Positions 1 to 18,086 of a DNA stretch of 64,000 bases are shown here, piece by piece; position 1 is the stretch's first letter, and every line of letters begins with the position of its first letter. Source of the DNA: a virus (taxonomy: Duplodnaviria > Caudoviricetes); the IMG/VR virus record IMGVR_UViG_3300037067_027616, positions 32,001 to 96,000 of that record. One strand, written 5' to 3'. A program made the position numbers and the translations under genes. Under the pieces are notes generated by a model. That model ran no database searches. It saw only the letters and a program-made list of their open reading frames with translations, and was not told the origin of the DNA.

Positions 1-1
1 G

Positions 2-544
2 AGTTACGGAGAATTTTCGTGGGCCAGATATGGCTCCGTACTCGTTGTTTCGCAGAAGAACCACGGCATGTCTGTCGGCGACCGCCTCCTCATCAGGAAC
101 GCGAATGTCCCATACCAGAGTTGCACGGTGACAAACACCACCATTGACTCATTCAGTGTAGGTACACAGGACTCTGGATATATCCAAGGATCTGCTTTGT
201 GGTGGGGCAGAGGATTCAACTTTGCCCACGTGGGGAGTCCAAAAACCGGAGGCACATTGACAACGTCATCGGACGATGTCAAGTTGTTGTCCATTCGGGT
301 GCGCACAGGTGTGAGGCAGAACACGACGTACGTTTTCCAGATACCCGTGTCTGCCTTGAACGATGAGAGTACTTCCATGGGAAGTTCATTCATACCGATG
401 CTGTCAGTGAGGCAGGACGCGGATCACCTTTCGGCGACGGCGGCCACCATATCAGCTAACTACATAGGCGACTATTCTGATTTTCTTGTGGCGAACCTTG
501 GTAACCCGGCAGCTTCCAGGGTCATCATACTCATGTTCGGATAA
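2..544 (+). CDS. Virion structural/tail-associated protein, 5'-truncated by the window
   Basis: Frame is open from position 2 (SYGEFSWARYG...KNHGMSVGD); HG(L/M)xxGD motif is common in phage tail/baseplate proteins; directly upstream of the fibre genes. Confidence 0.6.
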   Translation, partial: SYGEFSWARYGSVLVVSQKNHGMSVGDRLLIRNANVPYQSCTVTNTTIDSFSVGTQDSGYIQGSALWWGRGFNFAHVGSPKTGGTLTTSSDDVKLLSIRVRTGVRQNTTYVFQIPVSALNDESTSMGSSFIPMLSVRQDADHLSATAATISANYIGDYSDFLVANLGNPAASRVIILMFG

Positions 545-547
545 AAG

Positions 548-8233
<7,686 letters not shown>

Positions 8234-8247
8234 TATGGGGTAATGCC

Positions 8248-8961
8248 GTGGCGATGTCTTTTCAAGGTGCAACAGATTTAGACTATATAACCCTCGGGCA
8301 ACCGGCTATTTTGAATTTATTGCCACAAGGGACACAGTATACATTGTCCGTATGGTTCAAAACTTTAACAAACGTTGACTATGGTACTTTTTTTTGCCGT
8401 GGGGATAGTGCAACTAAACAGTTTCACTTTTCGATAGGATCCCCCGGGCCACCTTATGAACTGCAGGCACAAATAGGTGGGACGTTTTATACTACCGGCG
8501 TGGATGTCGGTGATGGGTTGTGGCATCATGGGGTACTTACCAACGCCAATGTTGCTGGTACGTACAGGTTTCAAATGTATAACAATGGTGTAGCTGCCGG
8601 AAATCTTACAGCATCGGGAGCGTCTACAATCGCTTGTGATGTCCTGATAGGCGCAAGGAGAGCTACGGGCAATACTGGAGCGGGTTTCGTAATGAGAGGC
8701 AGTCTAGCAGATGCTAGGATATATAACAGGGTTTTGTCTTTACCTGAAATACAGACACTGTACTACTCTCGTGGAAGAGATAACCTTGTAACAGGTTTAA
8801 TAGGAAGATGGCTCATGAACGAGAGTGCCCCTGGAGTTACTTGTACGGGTACAGCGACAGTAAAAGATAGTTCTAGTCAAAGAAATGATGGGACGCCATC
8901 AGCGACGCCTATATATGTAGACGATGAACCGTTAACTCTTAAGAGAAAGTTTTTTGTATAA
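8248..8961 (+). CDS. LamG/concanavalin A-like lectin domain protein
   Basis: YTLSVWFK, DGLWHHGVLT, IGAR...GSLADARIYNRVLS..EI motifs typical of Laminin_G_3. Confidence 0.85.
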   Translation: MAMSFQGATDLDYITLGQPAILNLLPQGTQYTLSVWFKTLTNVDYGTFFCRGDSATKQFHFSIGSPGPPYELQAQIGGTFYTTGVDVGDGLWHHGVLTNANVAGTYRFQMYNNGVAAGNLTASGASTIACDVLIGARRATGNTGAGFVMRGSLADARIYNRVLSLPEIQTLYYSRGRDNLVTGLIGRWLMNESAPGVTCTGTATVKDSSSQRNDGTPSATPIYVDDEPLTLKRKFFV

Positions 8962-8980
8962 CATTTGGCGAGGTAAATAA

Positions 8981-11065
8981 ATGGCCATAAGTTTTCCGCT
9001 TAATCCTAATGACGGGGATCTCTACATTACCCCAAACGGTACCAAATATGAGTATCGTGTGATTAGTAATTCGTGGGTTATTGTAGGTATACAAGACATC
9101 GGTAACCCGGGTGTAACAGGTCTGCAGGGTGTGACCGGTGCCGCAGGACAAGGAACAACAGGGCTTCCAGGAGAAACTGGTTTTCAAGGAGTAACAGGTG
9201 CTCAAGGACAAACCGGAGCGGGTATAGATGGTGCTACGGGTATCCAAGGTCCTACAGGGGCACAAGGGACAACGGGGGCGGGAATAGACGGGGCAACGGT
9301 TGCTCAAGGTGTAACGGGCTTGGGATCAACAGGTCTGCAAGGTATAACTGGTGATCAAGGCGCTACAGGTGATCAAGGCGCTACAGGTGAACAAGGCACT
9401 CAAGGTATTACTGGACAACAGGGGTCAACAGGACTTCAAGGGGCTACAGGGTCGCAAGGAGCTACAGGTAAACAAGGAGCAACGGGAGCACAAGGCTCTC
9501 AAGGTATTACTGGAGAACCGGGGATAACAGGTTTACAGGGAGCCACAGGCGAACAAGGGGCTACAGGTCAGCAAGGGGCTACAGGAGAACAAGGAATTCA
9601 AGGAGCCACAGGAGAACAAGGGCCTCAAGGAATAACAGGTCTACAAGCAATAACAGGTTCTCCAGGTATAACCGGTAGTGTGGGTGTCACAGGCAGCGGA
9701 GGTATTACAGGTACCGAGGGCGCGACAGGTTCACAAGGAGTTACTGGCGAGCAGGGGTTAACCGGAGCGCAAGGTGCAACCGGACAGCAAGGAGCAACAG
9801 GAGAACAAGGTGCCACGGGGGAAATAGGTATTACAGGGACACAAGCAATAACCGGATCTCCTGGTATAACAGGTAGTGGAGGTATCACCGGGACCGGAGG
9901 TATCACAGGTGCTGGTGGTATCACCGGACTTCAAGGTGCTACCGGACAACAAGGTGCTACTGGCGCTCAAGGCGCCACAGGGGCACAAGGGACAACGGGG
10001 GCTGCTGGAAGTGGTGGTGCAACAGGGGTGCAAGGTGAAACAGGTGCTCAAGGAGAAACAGGACTTCAAGGAACAACAGGCCTTGCGAACTTCATACAGA
10101 CAGACTCCTTTGATGCACCTGTGCTAGTGCCTGCCATAATGTGGAACTTCACAGACGAAACGTTCTATGGGTATGTTACAGGGGCTGGTGCTTGGATACA
10201 GATGTCTTCTGCTTCAAAAAGCGGCCCAACAGGGTTACAAGGCAGTACAGGATTACAGGGCCCTACAGGTATAGAAGGTTCTACAGGGCATCAAGGAGAA
10301 ACAGGTGCTCAAGGTCAAACAGGTGCCCTAGGTTTAGGCAGTACAGGATTACAGGGCCCTACAGGTATAGAAGGTTCTACAGGGCATCAAGGAGAAACAG
10401 GTGCTCAAGGTTTAGGCAGTACAGGTTTACAGGGTACTACAGGTATAGAAGGTTCTACGGGGCATCAAGGAGAAACAGGTGCTCAAGGTTTAGGCAGTAC
10501 AGGTTTACAGGGTACTACTGGATTACAAGGCACTACTGGACTACAAGGAAATACAGGTCTTCAAGGGATATCACATAAAGTTCTTATACTAGGTGCCGCC
10601 GGAGGGTGGGGATCTGTTACAAACGGGTGTGCGGGGCCTACTAGGACAGAACTAACAACAAATAAAGTAAATATACAGACATTAGATTTCGCTGCTGCCG
10701 CTCAAAAGTATGCCGAGTGGACTTGCTATCTACCAAGTAACTACACATCAGCGGCGACTATAACCGCAACATTTATATGGACAGCAAACTCCGCAACTAC
10801 CAACAGTGTTGTGTGGGGGTGTTCGGCTAGAGCATATGCAGACAGTGGTGCTCTAGATCAGGCTTATTCAGCAGGCGTAGAAGTAACTGATGCCAATAAT
10901 GCCACCTATGATTTAAATATTTCAGCGGCCACAGGTGCTGTTACTATTGCAGGGAGCCCTGCCGCAGGACAAATGTTACAAGTAAGAGTATATAGACTAG
11001 GGAGTGGAGCAGATAACTTGGCGGCAACAGCTAATCTATTACAAGTCATCATAACATATACGTAG
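8981..11065 (+). CDS. Second collagen-like fibre protein (694 aa)
   Basis: G-X-T/G-X-Q repeats in two tracts; N-terminal FPxxPxDGDLY motif; C-terminal domain resembles that of 548..8233. Confidence 0.9.
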   Translation: MAISFPLNPNDGDLYITPNGTKYEYRVISNSWVIVGIQDIGNPGVTGLQGVTGAAGQGTTGLPGETGFQGVTGAQGQTGAGIDGATGIQGPTGAQGTTGAGIDGATVAQGVTGLGSTGLQGITGDQGATGDQGATGEQGTQGITGQQGSTGLQGATGSQGATGKQGATGAQGSQGITGEPGITGLQGATGEQGATGQQGATGEQGIQGATGEQGPQGITGLQAITGSPGITGSVGVTGSGGITGTEGATGSQGVTGEQGLTGAQGATGQQGATGEQGATGEIGITGTQAITGSPGITGSGGITGTGGITGAGGITGLQGATGQQGATGAQGATGAQGTTGAAGSGGATGVQGETGAQGETGLQGTTGLANFIQTDSFDAPVLVPAIMWNFTDETFYGYVTGAGAWIQMSSASKSGPTGLQGSTGLQGPTGIEGSTGHQGETGAQGQTGALGLGSTGLQGPTGIEGSTGHQGETGAQGLGSTGLQGTTGIEGSTGHQGETGAQGLGSTGLQGTTGLQGTTGLQGNTGLQGISHKVLILGAAGGWGSVTNGCAGPTRTELTTNKVNIQTLDFAAAAQKYAEWTCYLPSNYTSAATITATFIWTANSATTNSVVWGCSARAYADSGALDQAYSAGVEVTDANNATYDLNISAATGAVTIAGSPAAGQMLQVRVYRLGSGADNLAATANLLQVIITYT
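10241..10515 (+). repeat. Near-identical tandem DNA repeats (~78-96 bp) inside the second collagen gene
   Basis: Three copies of ggcagtacagg(a/t)ttacaggg...ggtatagaaggttctac.gggcatcaaggagaaacaggtgctcaaggt plus a partial fourth. Confidence 0.8.
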
Positions 11066-11074
11066 GAATAATGC

Positions 11075-11806
11075 ATGGCAGATCTAAGTGCATCACCTTT
11101 TACAATATCAGCAACGGCTGCTTACACTATACCCCTAGGTGTTACTTCATTGCAAGTAGTGTGTCGCGGTGGGGGTGCGGCAGGGTCAAATAACGGGTCA
11201 GTTGCTGCCAGACCTGGCGGTGGTGGAGGTGGTGGTGCTTACTCAAAAAGAGCAACAATAAGAGTCATACCAGGAAAATCTTATACTTTTACGGTAGGAG
11301 TAGCGGTAGCGGCGGCCTCACAATCTAACGGTAACCCTTCTACATTTACCGGTGAAGATGCCGTAGCATGTACAGCAGCTGGAGGGACCTCAACCACAAC
11401 AGCCGCGGGTGGTGCAGGAGGCACAGTTGCAGCTTCTGTAGGAGATGTAGGGTCCATGTATGCAGGTGGGGCCGGAGGTACAGCTGCTAACACAAAAGAT
11501 AACGGTGGTGCAGGTGGTGGAGAAGGCGGACGAAGCGACGGTACCGGAGATGCGGGAGATGCAAACACTGGTGCTACTGGTGGAGCAGGAGGTACTGGGG
11601 GTGATGGAGGAGACGGTGGAAAAGGAGGAGATAATACTCTTGCAGGAGGAGATGGCATAGCTCCCGGAGGAGGCGGCGGAGGTGCGGGAGGAAGCAATAA
11701 CGTTGGAGGAGGCGGTGCTGCCGGTCAGATAATAGTCACGTACGTTACAAACGTTACAAGATCCTATGGTGGCGGTTCTGCATCATATGGGACGATGAGT
11801 TTTTAA
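11075..11806 (+). CDS. Glycine-rich tail/fibre-associated protein
   Basis: GGGGGGG..GGGAY and GGAGG..PGGGGGG..GAAGQIIVTY motifs of the phage Gly-rich domain. Confidence 0.8.
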   Translation: MADLSASPFTISATAAYTIPLGVTSLQVVCRGGGAAGSNNGSVAARPGGGGGGGAYSKRATIRVIPGKSYTFTVGVAVAAASQSNGNPSTFTGEDAVACTAAGGTSTTTAAGGAGGTVAASVGDVGSMYAGGAGGTAANTKDNGGAGGGEGGRSDGTGDAGDANTGATGGAGGTGGDGGDGGKGGDNTLAGGDGIAPGGGGGGAGGSNNVGGGGAAGQIIVTYVTNVTRSYGGGSASYGTMSF

Positions 11807-11836
11807 TATAAAATAGCATAAAAGAAAGGAACAACA

Positions 11837-12034
11837 ATGGCATTCCCAACAAGCCCTAGTGATGGAGATTTGTATACCAACGCCCTTGGTGTTGTCTACC
11901 AATACGTCGCTGCAGGGGACAAGTGGATACTTGCAGGACAACAACTGAATGGATACATATTGTATGGTACGGGAGAACCTCCAGGAGCAACGGGGTTACC
12001 TGACGGAACAATATACGTCAAGTACACACCCTAA
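11837..12034 (+). CDS. Small fibre adaptor-like protein
   Basis: RBS AAGGA; N-terminus MAFPTSPSDGDLYT matches the N-terminus of 8981..11065. Confidence 0.7.
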   Translation: MAFPTSPSDGDLYTNALGVVYQYVAAGDKWILAGQQLNGYILYGTGEPPGATGLPDGTIYVKYTP

Positions 12035-12046
12035 CAGGGGCGTAAA

Positions 12047-13546
12047 ATGGCAGATTACATAGACGTCTTTTTCAAGGTTGGGGATGCTCCCGGTTTGCTG
12101 AAAGACGGCCAACCTGTGTTCTACATCGACCCAGATGAGTGGGGTTATGAACCCGTCCTATCTGAATGGATGCAGCGCGTATTTTTGTGCGTGCGAGTAC
12201 CTAAAACATGGAAGACAAAGTTGCTCAATGTTCTATCCTGTGTGTACGTTAACCCAGATCTGTGCGACCCTGATATTGCAAACATAAAATATGTTCGGGC
12301 AGCATACATATCTTTTGATGAATTTGCCACAGCGATCAACGATCCGGATTTGGTATCTCGTTTGAGAGGGGACAGCATAGTCAATATTATTGACTTGCGA
12401 GACAAAGATATAACAACAGCAATATTCAAAGATATGTCAACACACCCACTAACAGAACAACCAGACTATAATGCTGTTACTTCTGGAAGTTACACAGTAG
12501 GGTCTGGAGGGGACTATGCATCGTGGGTTGCCGCTTTTACAGACATAGGTAATCTTACTGGTGATCTTACCTTCACTCAAATTTCTGCAACGGCAGAAAC
12601 AGCTAGGATAACCTCAGCAGCGCAACTGAATGGGTATACTTTTTTAGCAACCTCTACTCCGCACCATTTGGGAAGTACCTCATCAAATTTAATATCTTTA
12701 AACCAAAATGAGTTCGGTTTCAACATTGCTTTTACAAATGCAGGGACTTCCATACTAGATAATCTAAATATTATATCAGCGGTAGCCTTGTCAACAAGGT
12801 ACCATTCAGTAAGTACAAGCCCCCCTGTGGGAGGAATAGTAACACAAGTATTTAGTAACCTTCTTGTAAATAAAAACCTGAAAATTGGGTCTTGTATTTA
12901 TTGTGGGGCTGGTCATTATTTTAGCCTTCATAATTGCAATGTGTGGAACCAAGCAACATCCACCCCACAAAATGGTGGCATTACATTTATGAGTAATGCG
13001 GTATTAACGTCTACTGTAGAAAATTGTGTGTCTGCGGGGTGTGTCATTGGATTTTTCTTAAACTATGATGGAACTGCAGCACCTGTTACACTTAGAAACT
13101 GCATTGCAGTAAGCAACGGTTTAGACTATTCTGGTACAGCTACTTTAACAGGATATAACAATGCTTCCCAAGACACGTCAGCAGATAACGCAAATTGGGC
13201 AACAGGATCTGGTAACGTTACAGGAAGAAGTGTATCCGACTTCAAATCTGTACTTATAGCGGATCCTAATTTTTTAGACATCGTGCCCACTAGTGACCTG
13301 GTGGACGCGGGTACCACCAACACGCTCACAAGACCGTCTTGCATTAGAGGTAGGACCGTACCAAATATGTACGGACATACAACGATAGGATCTTCTGAAG
13401 TCTATAAACCGTTCTACATTATTGTTGGAGGGGATTGGAAGGAAATTCAAAAAGGTGGGGCTTACGTAGATATAAATGGTACTACTGGCTGGATTGGCTT
13501 TGAAAAAACAAGCGTTATCGTAGATGGAAGCTTCAAGACGTATTAA
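12047..13546 (+). CDS. Putative tailspike/receptor-binding protein with pectin-lyase-like beta-helix
   Basis: TVGSGGDYAS start of helix region, Asn/Cys ladder (LHNCNVWN, VENCVS, LRNCIA), C-terminal YIIVGGDWK motif. Confidence 0.6.
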   Translation: MADYIDVFFKVGDAPGLLKDGQPVFYIDPDEWGYEPVLSEWMQRVFLCVRVPKTWKTKLLNVLSCVYVNPDLCDPDIANIKYVRAAYISFDEFATAINDPDLVSRLRGDSIVNIIDLRDKDITTAIFKDMSTHPLTEQPDYNAVTSGSYTVGSGGDYASWVAAFTDIGNLTGDLTFTQISATAETARITSAAQLNGYTFLATSTPHHLGSTSSNLISLNQNEFGFNIAFTNAGTSILDNLNIISAVALSTRYHSVSTSPPVGGIVTQVFSNLLVNKNLKIGSCIYCGAGHYFSLHNCNVWNQATSTPQNGGITFMSNAVLTSTVENCVSAGCVIGFFLNYDGTAAPVTLRNCIAVSNGLDYSGTATLTGYNNASQDTSADNANWATGSGNVTGRSVSDFKSVLIADPNFLDIVPTSDLVDAGTTNTLTRPSCIRGRTVPNMYGHTTIGSSEVYKPFYIIVGGDWKEIQKGGAYVDINGTTGWIGFEKTSVIVDGSFKTY

Positions 13547-13569
13547 ATGATTTTCCACTGACCAAATAT

Positions 13570-13630
13570 ACACGCAAGGCCGTGCGTGTCCTATTCACGT
13601 CTTTCGATGTGGCTTAAGGCCTTGCGTGTC
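13570..13630. repeat. 12-bp perfect inverted repeat plus 15-bp direct repeat at the convergence of the + and - modules
   Basis: acacgcaaggcc (13570-81)/ggccttgcgtgt (13618-29); aaggcc(g/t)tgcgtgtc twice. Confidence 0.6.
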
Positions 13631-13651
13631 TTGACCGGAACTTATTGCCCT

Positions 13652-14041
13652 TCAAACCTCGGCGCGAGCTCTTTTGGTATTGGGCGGCGGTTTGAGGTCG
13701 GATTTAACCGGAAGTTTGTTCTCATTAACGATCTTGTAAAGTCCGGCATATTTTACATTGAGCAATGCACACAGTTCTCTCATCGTTGTTTTTGCTGTGT
13801 CTACATTCTTGAGCCTATCAAGTACACGTTCGAGCCTGTCCGGGATGCTGAGATCCCGGCGTATCTTATAAATGGTATGCCTGGAAACATCAAACTTCCT
13901 GGCAAAGTCGATGTCTTTTGAATACCTCATGGGGTGGGCTTCATTCTTCATCACATCGGCGATGAATTCACGAGCCACTGCGGCCCGCTTCGTGCCCCCT
14001 ACGCGTTTATCCACCTGTTTTTTGCTCATGGCTGTCTCCAA
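13652..14041 (-). CDS. HTH DNA-binding protein
   Basis: DIDFARKFDVSRHTIYKIRRDLSIP and MRELCALLNVKYAGLYKIV helix-turn-helix-like segments. Confidence 0.6.
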   Translation of the reverse strand: METAMSKKQVDKRVGGTKRAAVAREFIADVMKNEAHPMRYSKDIDFARKFDVSRHTIYKIRRDLSIPDRLERVLDRLKNVDTAKTTMRELCALLNVKYAGLYKIVNENKLPVKSDLKPPPNTKRARAEV

Positions 14042-14339
14042 AGTATATGTAAACCCTCGTGCCCGACACCCGTGTGTTGAGTGGGTATGTGTCCTTTATC
14101 TGCTCCTGGTAAAACTTAACAAAATCCTTCGAGTCGTAAATCATGTCAACAGAAATATACTTATCTGTAACAGAAAAATCACTATCTTCATAAAGTGTCT
14201 TGCGTAAAAGGTGTTTTACATTTTTAATCACCGACTCCTTGTCGGTGAGATTTTGTCCTTTCCTTTTAACTTTATCACCCCTTACCCAAGTCATTTTAGT
14301 TATAGACTTGTCAAGGTTATTTTTGTCTGTCACCGACAC
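14007..14339 (-). CDS. Hypothetical protein
   Basis: Co-oriented ORF in a packed operon. Confidence 0.5.
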   Translation of the reverse strand: MSVTDKNNLDKSITKMTWVRGDKVKRKGQNLTDKESVIKNVKHLLRKTLYEDSDFSVTDKYISVDMIYDSKDFVKFYQEQIKDTYPLNTRVSGTRVYIYFGDSHEQKTGG

Positions 14340-14550
14340 CCCTGTCCACTATGTCCCTCAAATGAGAAGCTACACCCAAATCCTCTTGTGATGGCCCGTT
14401 TACTGCCGACCCCTGCAGTCCATCCAAAGCCCTTTTTAGGTCTTCCACGAGTTTCTCGGCTCCTGCCAGAGCTTTTCGCAACGCTTCTGCCGCCTCTTCC
14501 CGTGGCTCCATCTTTAGCCCTCTCGTATAATATACTAAATTAAAAGACAT
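14317..14550 (-). CDS. Hypothetical coiled-coil protein (true start probably the MEPREE ATG)
   Basis: Follows promoter 14529-14557. Confidence 0.45.
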   Translation of the reverse strand: MSFNLVYYTRGLKMEPREEAAEALRKALAGAEKLVEDLKRALDGLQGSAVNGPSQEDLGVASHLRDIVDRGVGDRQK

Positions 14551-14557
14551 ACGTCAA
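14529..14557 (-). promoter_or_regulatory. Sigma70-type promoter TTGACG-N17-TATATT
   Basis: Read directly on the - strand; 17-bp spacer. Confidence 0.8.
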
Positions 14558-14596
14558 GCAATAAATAACCTTCTCATTTTCACGACAAGGTTGACT

Positions 14597-14974
14597 ATGG
14601 CAAAGCCCTTCCAGAAAATAGATTGGGACAGCATCGTCAAAAGTGGCGAGCAAGGATACCTATATTGCGTGACCGACCCTCCGCACCCAAAAGGTGAGAA
14701 GCGTGGCGACCGAAACAAGAAGTACGTGTATTTGCACAGGGCCGTCATGGAGAACGAATTGGGTCGGTACCTTGAGGACGGAGAGGAAGTCGACCACAAG
14801 GACAAGGACGTTACCAACAACGAACCTTCCAACCTTATATTGCGCGTGCAAGGTGAACACCAACGCGAACACGCCCTCAATGGCAATTCATTCTGGGAGA
14901 AAAGTCCCCGGAACAAACCAAAGAAGGCTTCAGAGATTTCTGTAGTAACTGCGTTCATTCACTCACGACCTTGA
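14597..14974 (+). CDS. HNH homing endonuclease
   Basis: HRAVMENELGRYL...VDHKD...NNEPSNL (HNH_3 type); the only + strand gene in the - block. Confidence 0.85.
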   Translation: MAKPFQKIDWDSIVKSGEQGYLYCVTDPPHPKGEKRGDRNKKYVYLHRAVMENELGRYLEDGEEVDHKDKDVTNNEPSNLILRVQGEHQREHALNGNSFWEKSPRNKPKKASEISVVTAFIHSRP

Positions 14975-15166
14975 AACCAACCCACACGCCTTCGTATCCT
15001 CGTTCCAGATGCCGCATGCCTTGCCCATGCATACCACTTTGTTTTGATATGGCGTATAACTGTTTCCTGCGACGTTTCCAGAGGTCATGATGGGACAGTA
15101 TTTTACAGGGTTTTCCTTCCCTACCTCTTTATCCATGTTCTGATATTTTAACACCTCCTTTGACAC
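14963..15166 (-). CDS. Small Cys-rich hypothetical protein
   Basis: YCPIM...CMGKACGIW...ACG. Confidence 0.55.
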   Translation of the reverse strand: MSKEVLKYQNMDKEVGKENPVKYCPIMTSGNVAGNSYTPYQNKVVCMGKACGIWNEDTKACGLVSRS

Positions 15167-15226
15167 AAGTAACCCCCTTTGTAGTTATGCATCGTTATTA
15201 ACATATACCTAAACTGCTTTCAATAA

Positions 15227-15490
15227 CTACGATATGCGGACGGCATTGACTTCCATGCCCTCGTTGATGTCAGAACTCTCGAACGGTTCAAACCCGTTTT
15301 CCATTGAGTTGTATTTACCCGTTTCTACCTCAAGCACCAACTCAACCGCACCGTTGTCATCAAAAGGTATTACTACTTTGAGATCCCCAGGAAGCTTGGA
15401 CAAATTCTCGATCAATTGCTTTACAATCATGTGACACCTCCCTACTAATAATACTCTACCCGACGTTTCTTGGGGAAAAGGTGTCCCCAC
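15227..15490 (-). CDS. Small hypothetical protein (start probably MIVKQL)
   Basis: MxVKQLIExLxxLP motif common in phage ORFs; GGAGG RBS. Confidence 0.55.
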   Translation of the reverse strand: MGTPFPQETSGRVLLVGRCHMIVKQLIENLSKLPGDLKVVIPFDDNGAVELVLEVETGKYNSMENGFEPFESSDINEGMEVNAVRIS

Positions 15491-15648
15491 ATGTCAGTGT
15501 AGAACCGCCTGCGCAACATCTTCTTATACCATGGCAGGAAAGGCCATTCGTTGACGATCGCCACGCCAATATTCTCGTGCACCATCCACCCGATGATCTT
15601 TTTTGGATCGTCTGCAGGTATGACTGTCAGTTGTTGCCTATGCAACAC
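15445..15648 (-). CDS. Small hypothetical protein
   Basis: Packed operon ORF. Confidence 0.4.
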   Translation of the reverse strand: MLHRQQLTVIPADDPKKIIGWMVHENIGVAIVNEWPFLPWYKKMLRRRFYTDMWGHLFPKKRRVEYY

Positions 15649-15669
15649 GAGAACTTCTCCTTGTTGAAT

Positions 15670-16002
15670 TCATGAGAACACCACTACATCAAAATGCAAA
15701 TGTGGATCCTCATCCTTCACCTCGTATTCCTTGAATAAGTCATAGAACTTTCGAAATCCCGAAGCTTTTTCGGGTTCTGAATTTGCCCAGCTACAATCAT
15801 CATCTTCATCAAGATCCTCCCTCATCAAATCCCAATACCCCGACTCGATACCCAAACCTTTGGCATAGTCGATGATTTCGTCTGCGATGTCCTTTGTGAT
15901 GACACCTTCCTGTTCTGCATACTCCAAGCAATCGTCAAGAACGAGTAATGGCACTTGCTTCGGGACAGGTTTTTTTAGCTTCTTTGATTTCTTGCCTTTC
16001 AT
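15670..16002 (-). CDS. Acidic hypothetical protein
   Basis: GGAGG RBS upstream. Confidence 0.55.
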   Translation of the reverse strand: MKGKKSKKLKKPVPKQVPLLVLDDCLEYAEQEGVITKDIADEIIDYAKGLGIESGYWDLMREDLDEDDDCSWANSEPEKASGFRKFYDLFKEYEVKDEDPHLHFDVVVFS

Positions 16003-16012
16003 TTCAGCCTCC

Positions 16013-17737
16013 TTATTTTAGTCTCACCGAATACAACCGTCCGCCGTCAAGGAACATCACCGATGTGGTGTCATTGAGCAACCTGTCGCCCGTATGGAAC
16101 GGCGGGCCGTCAACGACCTTCACCTTCGTGGGATCCCGGAATACCTCCACCTGTTGGTCAGTCGGCTGGTGCACGCAAATTCCATTGGCAAGCACCGTGA
16201 AATGCACGGACGGATCAGAGGGGTCATCATCGATGCGCATTTTGTACGAAGAGAAGTCATCTGACATGAACAACACGAACCTTTTATACTTACCATCTTT
16301 TTCAGCCACGGCCATGAAAACACCACGCTCGTGCTTGGCATCTATGATACGGTGTCCATCCAGCTCTTTTACCCTACAATTCGAGCATTTACCCTCCGTG
16401 TAGGGTATCGCCAACCAACAAGTGCCGAGTACGTCCTGTACCGCCACCCCGGGGAACATCGTAGTGGACTGCTGAAGAACATTGCCCACAGGCTTCATGA
16501 AGTGAAGTACCTTGCCGTTCATGAAGGCAAAGGAACTCTCGGTCAGCACCCCGTTGTAGGCCGTGTAGATGCGGCCGTCATACTGCATGGCCTTGTCCGC
16601 AGCGATACGACCCACCAATCCTCCCTGCATATCGTGGAACACCACCTCGTGACTGTCCTGCTCCGCCAAAACTGGGTGGCTCCCAGGAACGCGCGCCAAA
16701 GAAACTTTGCCTGGCTTGCTTGTGAACTTTTTCACAAGGTTGCCGCCCACGTATACGCCTTCCTTGGTAATGGCACAGTCGCTACCATCGAAGAACCACA
16801 CCCCAAAAGCAGGCTCCCCATAGTCCCGGTACAAAGAAACCTCAAACGAGTCGGTACCTTTTACCACCACAGGGCGCAAAACGGCGATGAAACCGGATAC
16901 ATCCGGTAGGGGAGGCTCACAACGGGCCCCAGAAGGCCCCAGGACCTCTTTAAACCACGCCAAATGGGCTGGGGGTACCGCAGACCAATCCGACCACGGA
17001 GGGCCTACAGATACGTCTGGGTGGAATACTGAAAGGCCCTTGTCCATACGGACTGACCAATCGTTAGGACCGTACTTGGCGTGCTTGCCCTTCCGGTAGG
17101 GGTGGTAGCCCACATACATCTGCCAAGCAACTATGGCGAAACTATACCAATCGGATCCTTCAGAGAAATCACCAAATTTTATGGATCTATCCCGAATGCT
17201 CTCCATTATGGCTGTGGCTTTGAACGTGGGCGTCTGGTAGGAGTCTACATCTATGAACAGCACCTCTTGAAAATTTTTATCCAAAAGGAAATTCATCTCG
17301 TTTAAATCCACCACGAGGATGCCTTCACGGTGGATTTCGGACACGGTCAGTTGCATCCTTTTTACAAGGTGCATGATGGCGTCCGGAGTTATACCGTTGT
17401 CTGTTTTGAACCCCTTCCCGAACATACGACACAGAAACTCCGTCTGCTCGATGTATGGCATCGTGAAACCGATTGGTTTGTTGGTCTTGCCATCGAGCAA
17501 TATGTCACGCGGACCGAGGATGTTTCCAAAACGAGCCAACGGCGCCAATTCCCTCACTTTGGCTACGGATATCATTCTTTTGGGGTCGTGGTATACTTTG
17601 TAGGCCGTCGATCCGCGGCGGCACACCGTACCCTCACCGCCGGCGGCGATATAGTCGTTCTTGTTGAGGGTTTCCGACCCCTTGCCCTGCACAACGACTT
17701 TGTACGGGAAGTTCATTGTGCACTCCGTTACGGTCAC
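16013..17737 (-). CDS. Ser/Thr protein kinase of TerY-P type with C-terminal beta-rich domain
   Basis: GGEGTV Gly loop, AYKVY Lys, VDLNEMN catalytic loop, IDVDSY metal-binding motif. Confidence 0.85.
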   Translation of the reverse strand: MTVTECTMNFPYKVVVQGKGSETLNKNDYIAAGGEGTVCRRGSTAYKVYHDPKRMISVAKVRELAPLARFGNILGPRDILLDGKTNKPIGFTMPYIEQTEFLCRMFGKGFKTDNGITPDAIMHLVKRMQLTVSEIHREGILVVDLNEMNFLLDKNFQEVLFIDVDSYQTPTFKATAIMESIRDRSIKFGDFSEGSDWYSFAIVAWQMYVGYHPYRKGKHAKYGPNDWSVRMDKGLSVFHPDVSVGPPWSDWSAVPPAHLAWFKEVLGPSGARCEPPLPDVSGFIAVLRPVVVKGTDSFEVSLYRDYGEPAFGVWFFDGSDCAITKEGVYVGGNLVKKFTSKPGKVSLARVPGSHPVLAEQDSHEVVFHDMQGGLVGRIAADKAMQYDGRIYTAYNGVLTESSFAFMNGKVLHFMKPVGNVLQQSTTMFPGVAVQDVLGTCWLAIPYTEGKCSNCRVKELDGHRIIDAKHERGVFMAVAEKDGKYKRFVLFMSDDFSSYKMRIDDDPSDPSVHFTVLANGICVHQPTDQQVEVFRDPTKVKVVDGPPFHTGDRLLNDTTSVMFLDGGRLYSVRLK

Positions 17738-18030
17738 GACGCAATAATGTCCAACGATGATATGGACAGATACTTGACGGATTTGACTTTTCCGGTAGGA
17801 TCCAAATCATCGTTGATTAGGTCGAACTCCACCGTCATATTGTCCCCATCGAAATCGTAGTGGTTTCCTGTGTCCCGGTGTCCTTTGACTGATTTGACCC
17901 TGCCATTGAACCCGTGTCGTGAAAAGGTGTTGACGTGGACTATGGAATTGTTGCGTGCCATAGTTTTAAGAATGCCCAACACAAACCTGTCGCTACTGTC
18001 CACGAACCGCAAAATCAGATCGGACTTCAT
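17734..18030 (-). CDS. Hypothetical protein
   Basis: Overlaps the kinase start (GTGA); RBS AAGGAG. Confidence 0.5.
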   Translation of the reverse strand: MKSDLILRFVDSSDRFVLGILKTMARNNSIVHVNTFSRHGFNGRVKSVKGHRDTGNHYDFDGDNMTVEFDLINDDLDPTGKVKSVKYLSISSLDIIAS

Positions 18031-18086
18031 GTTTCGCTCCTTCCTTCCTTCATCCTCACTACAGTTGAAAAACCTAACACTAACAC

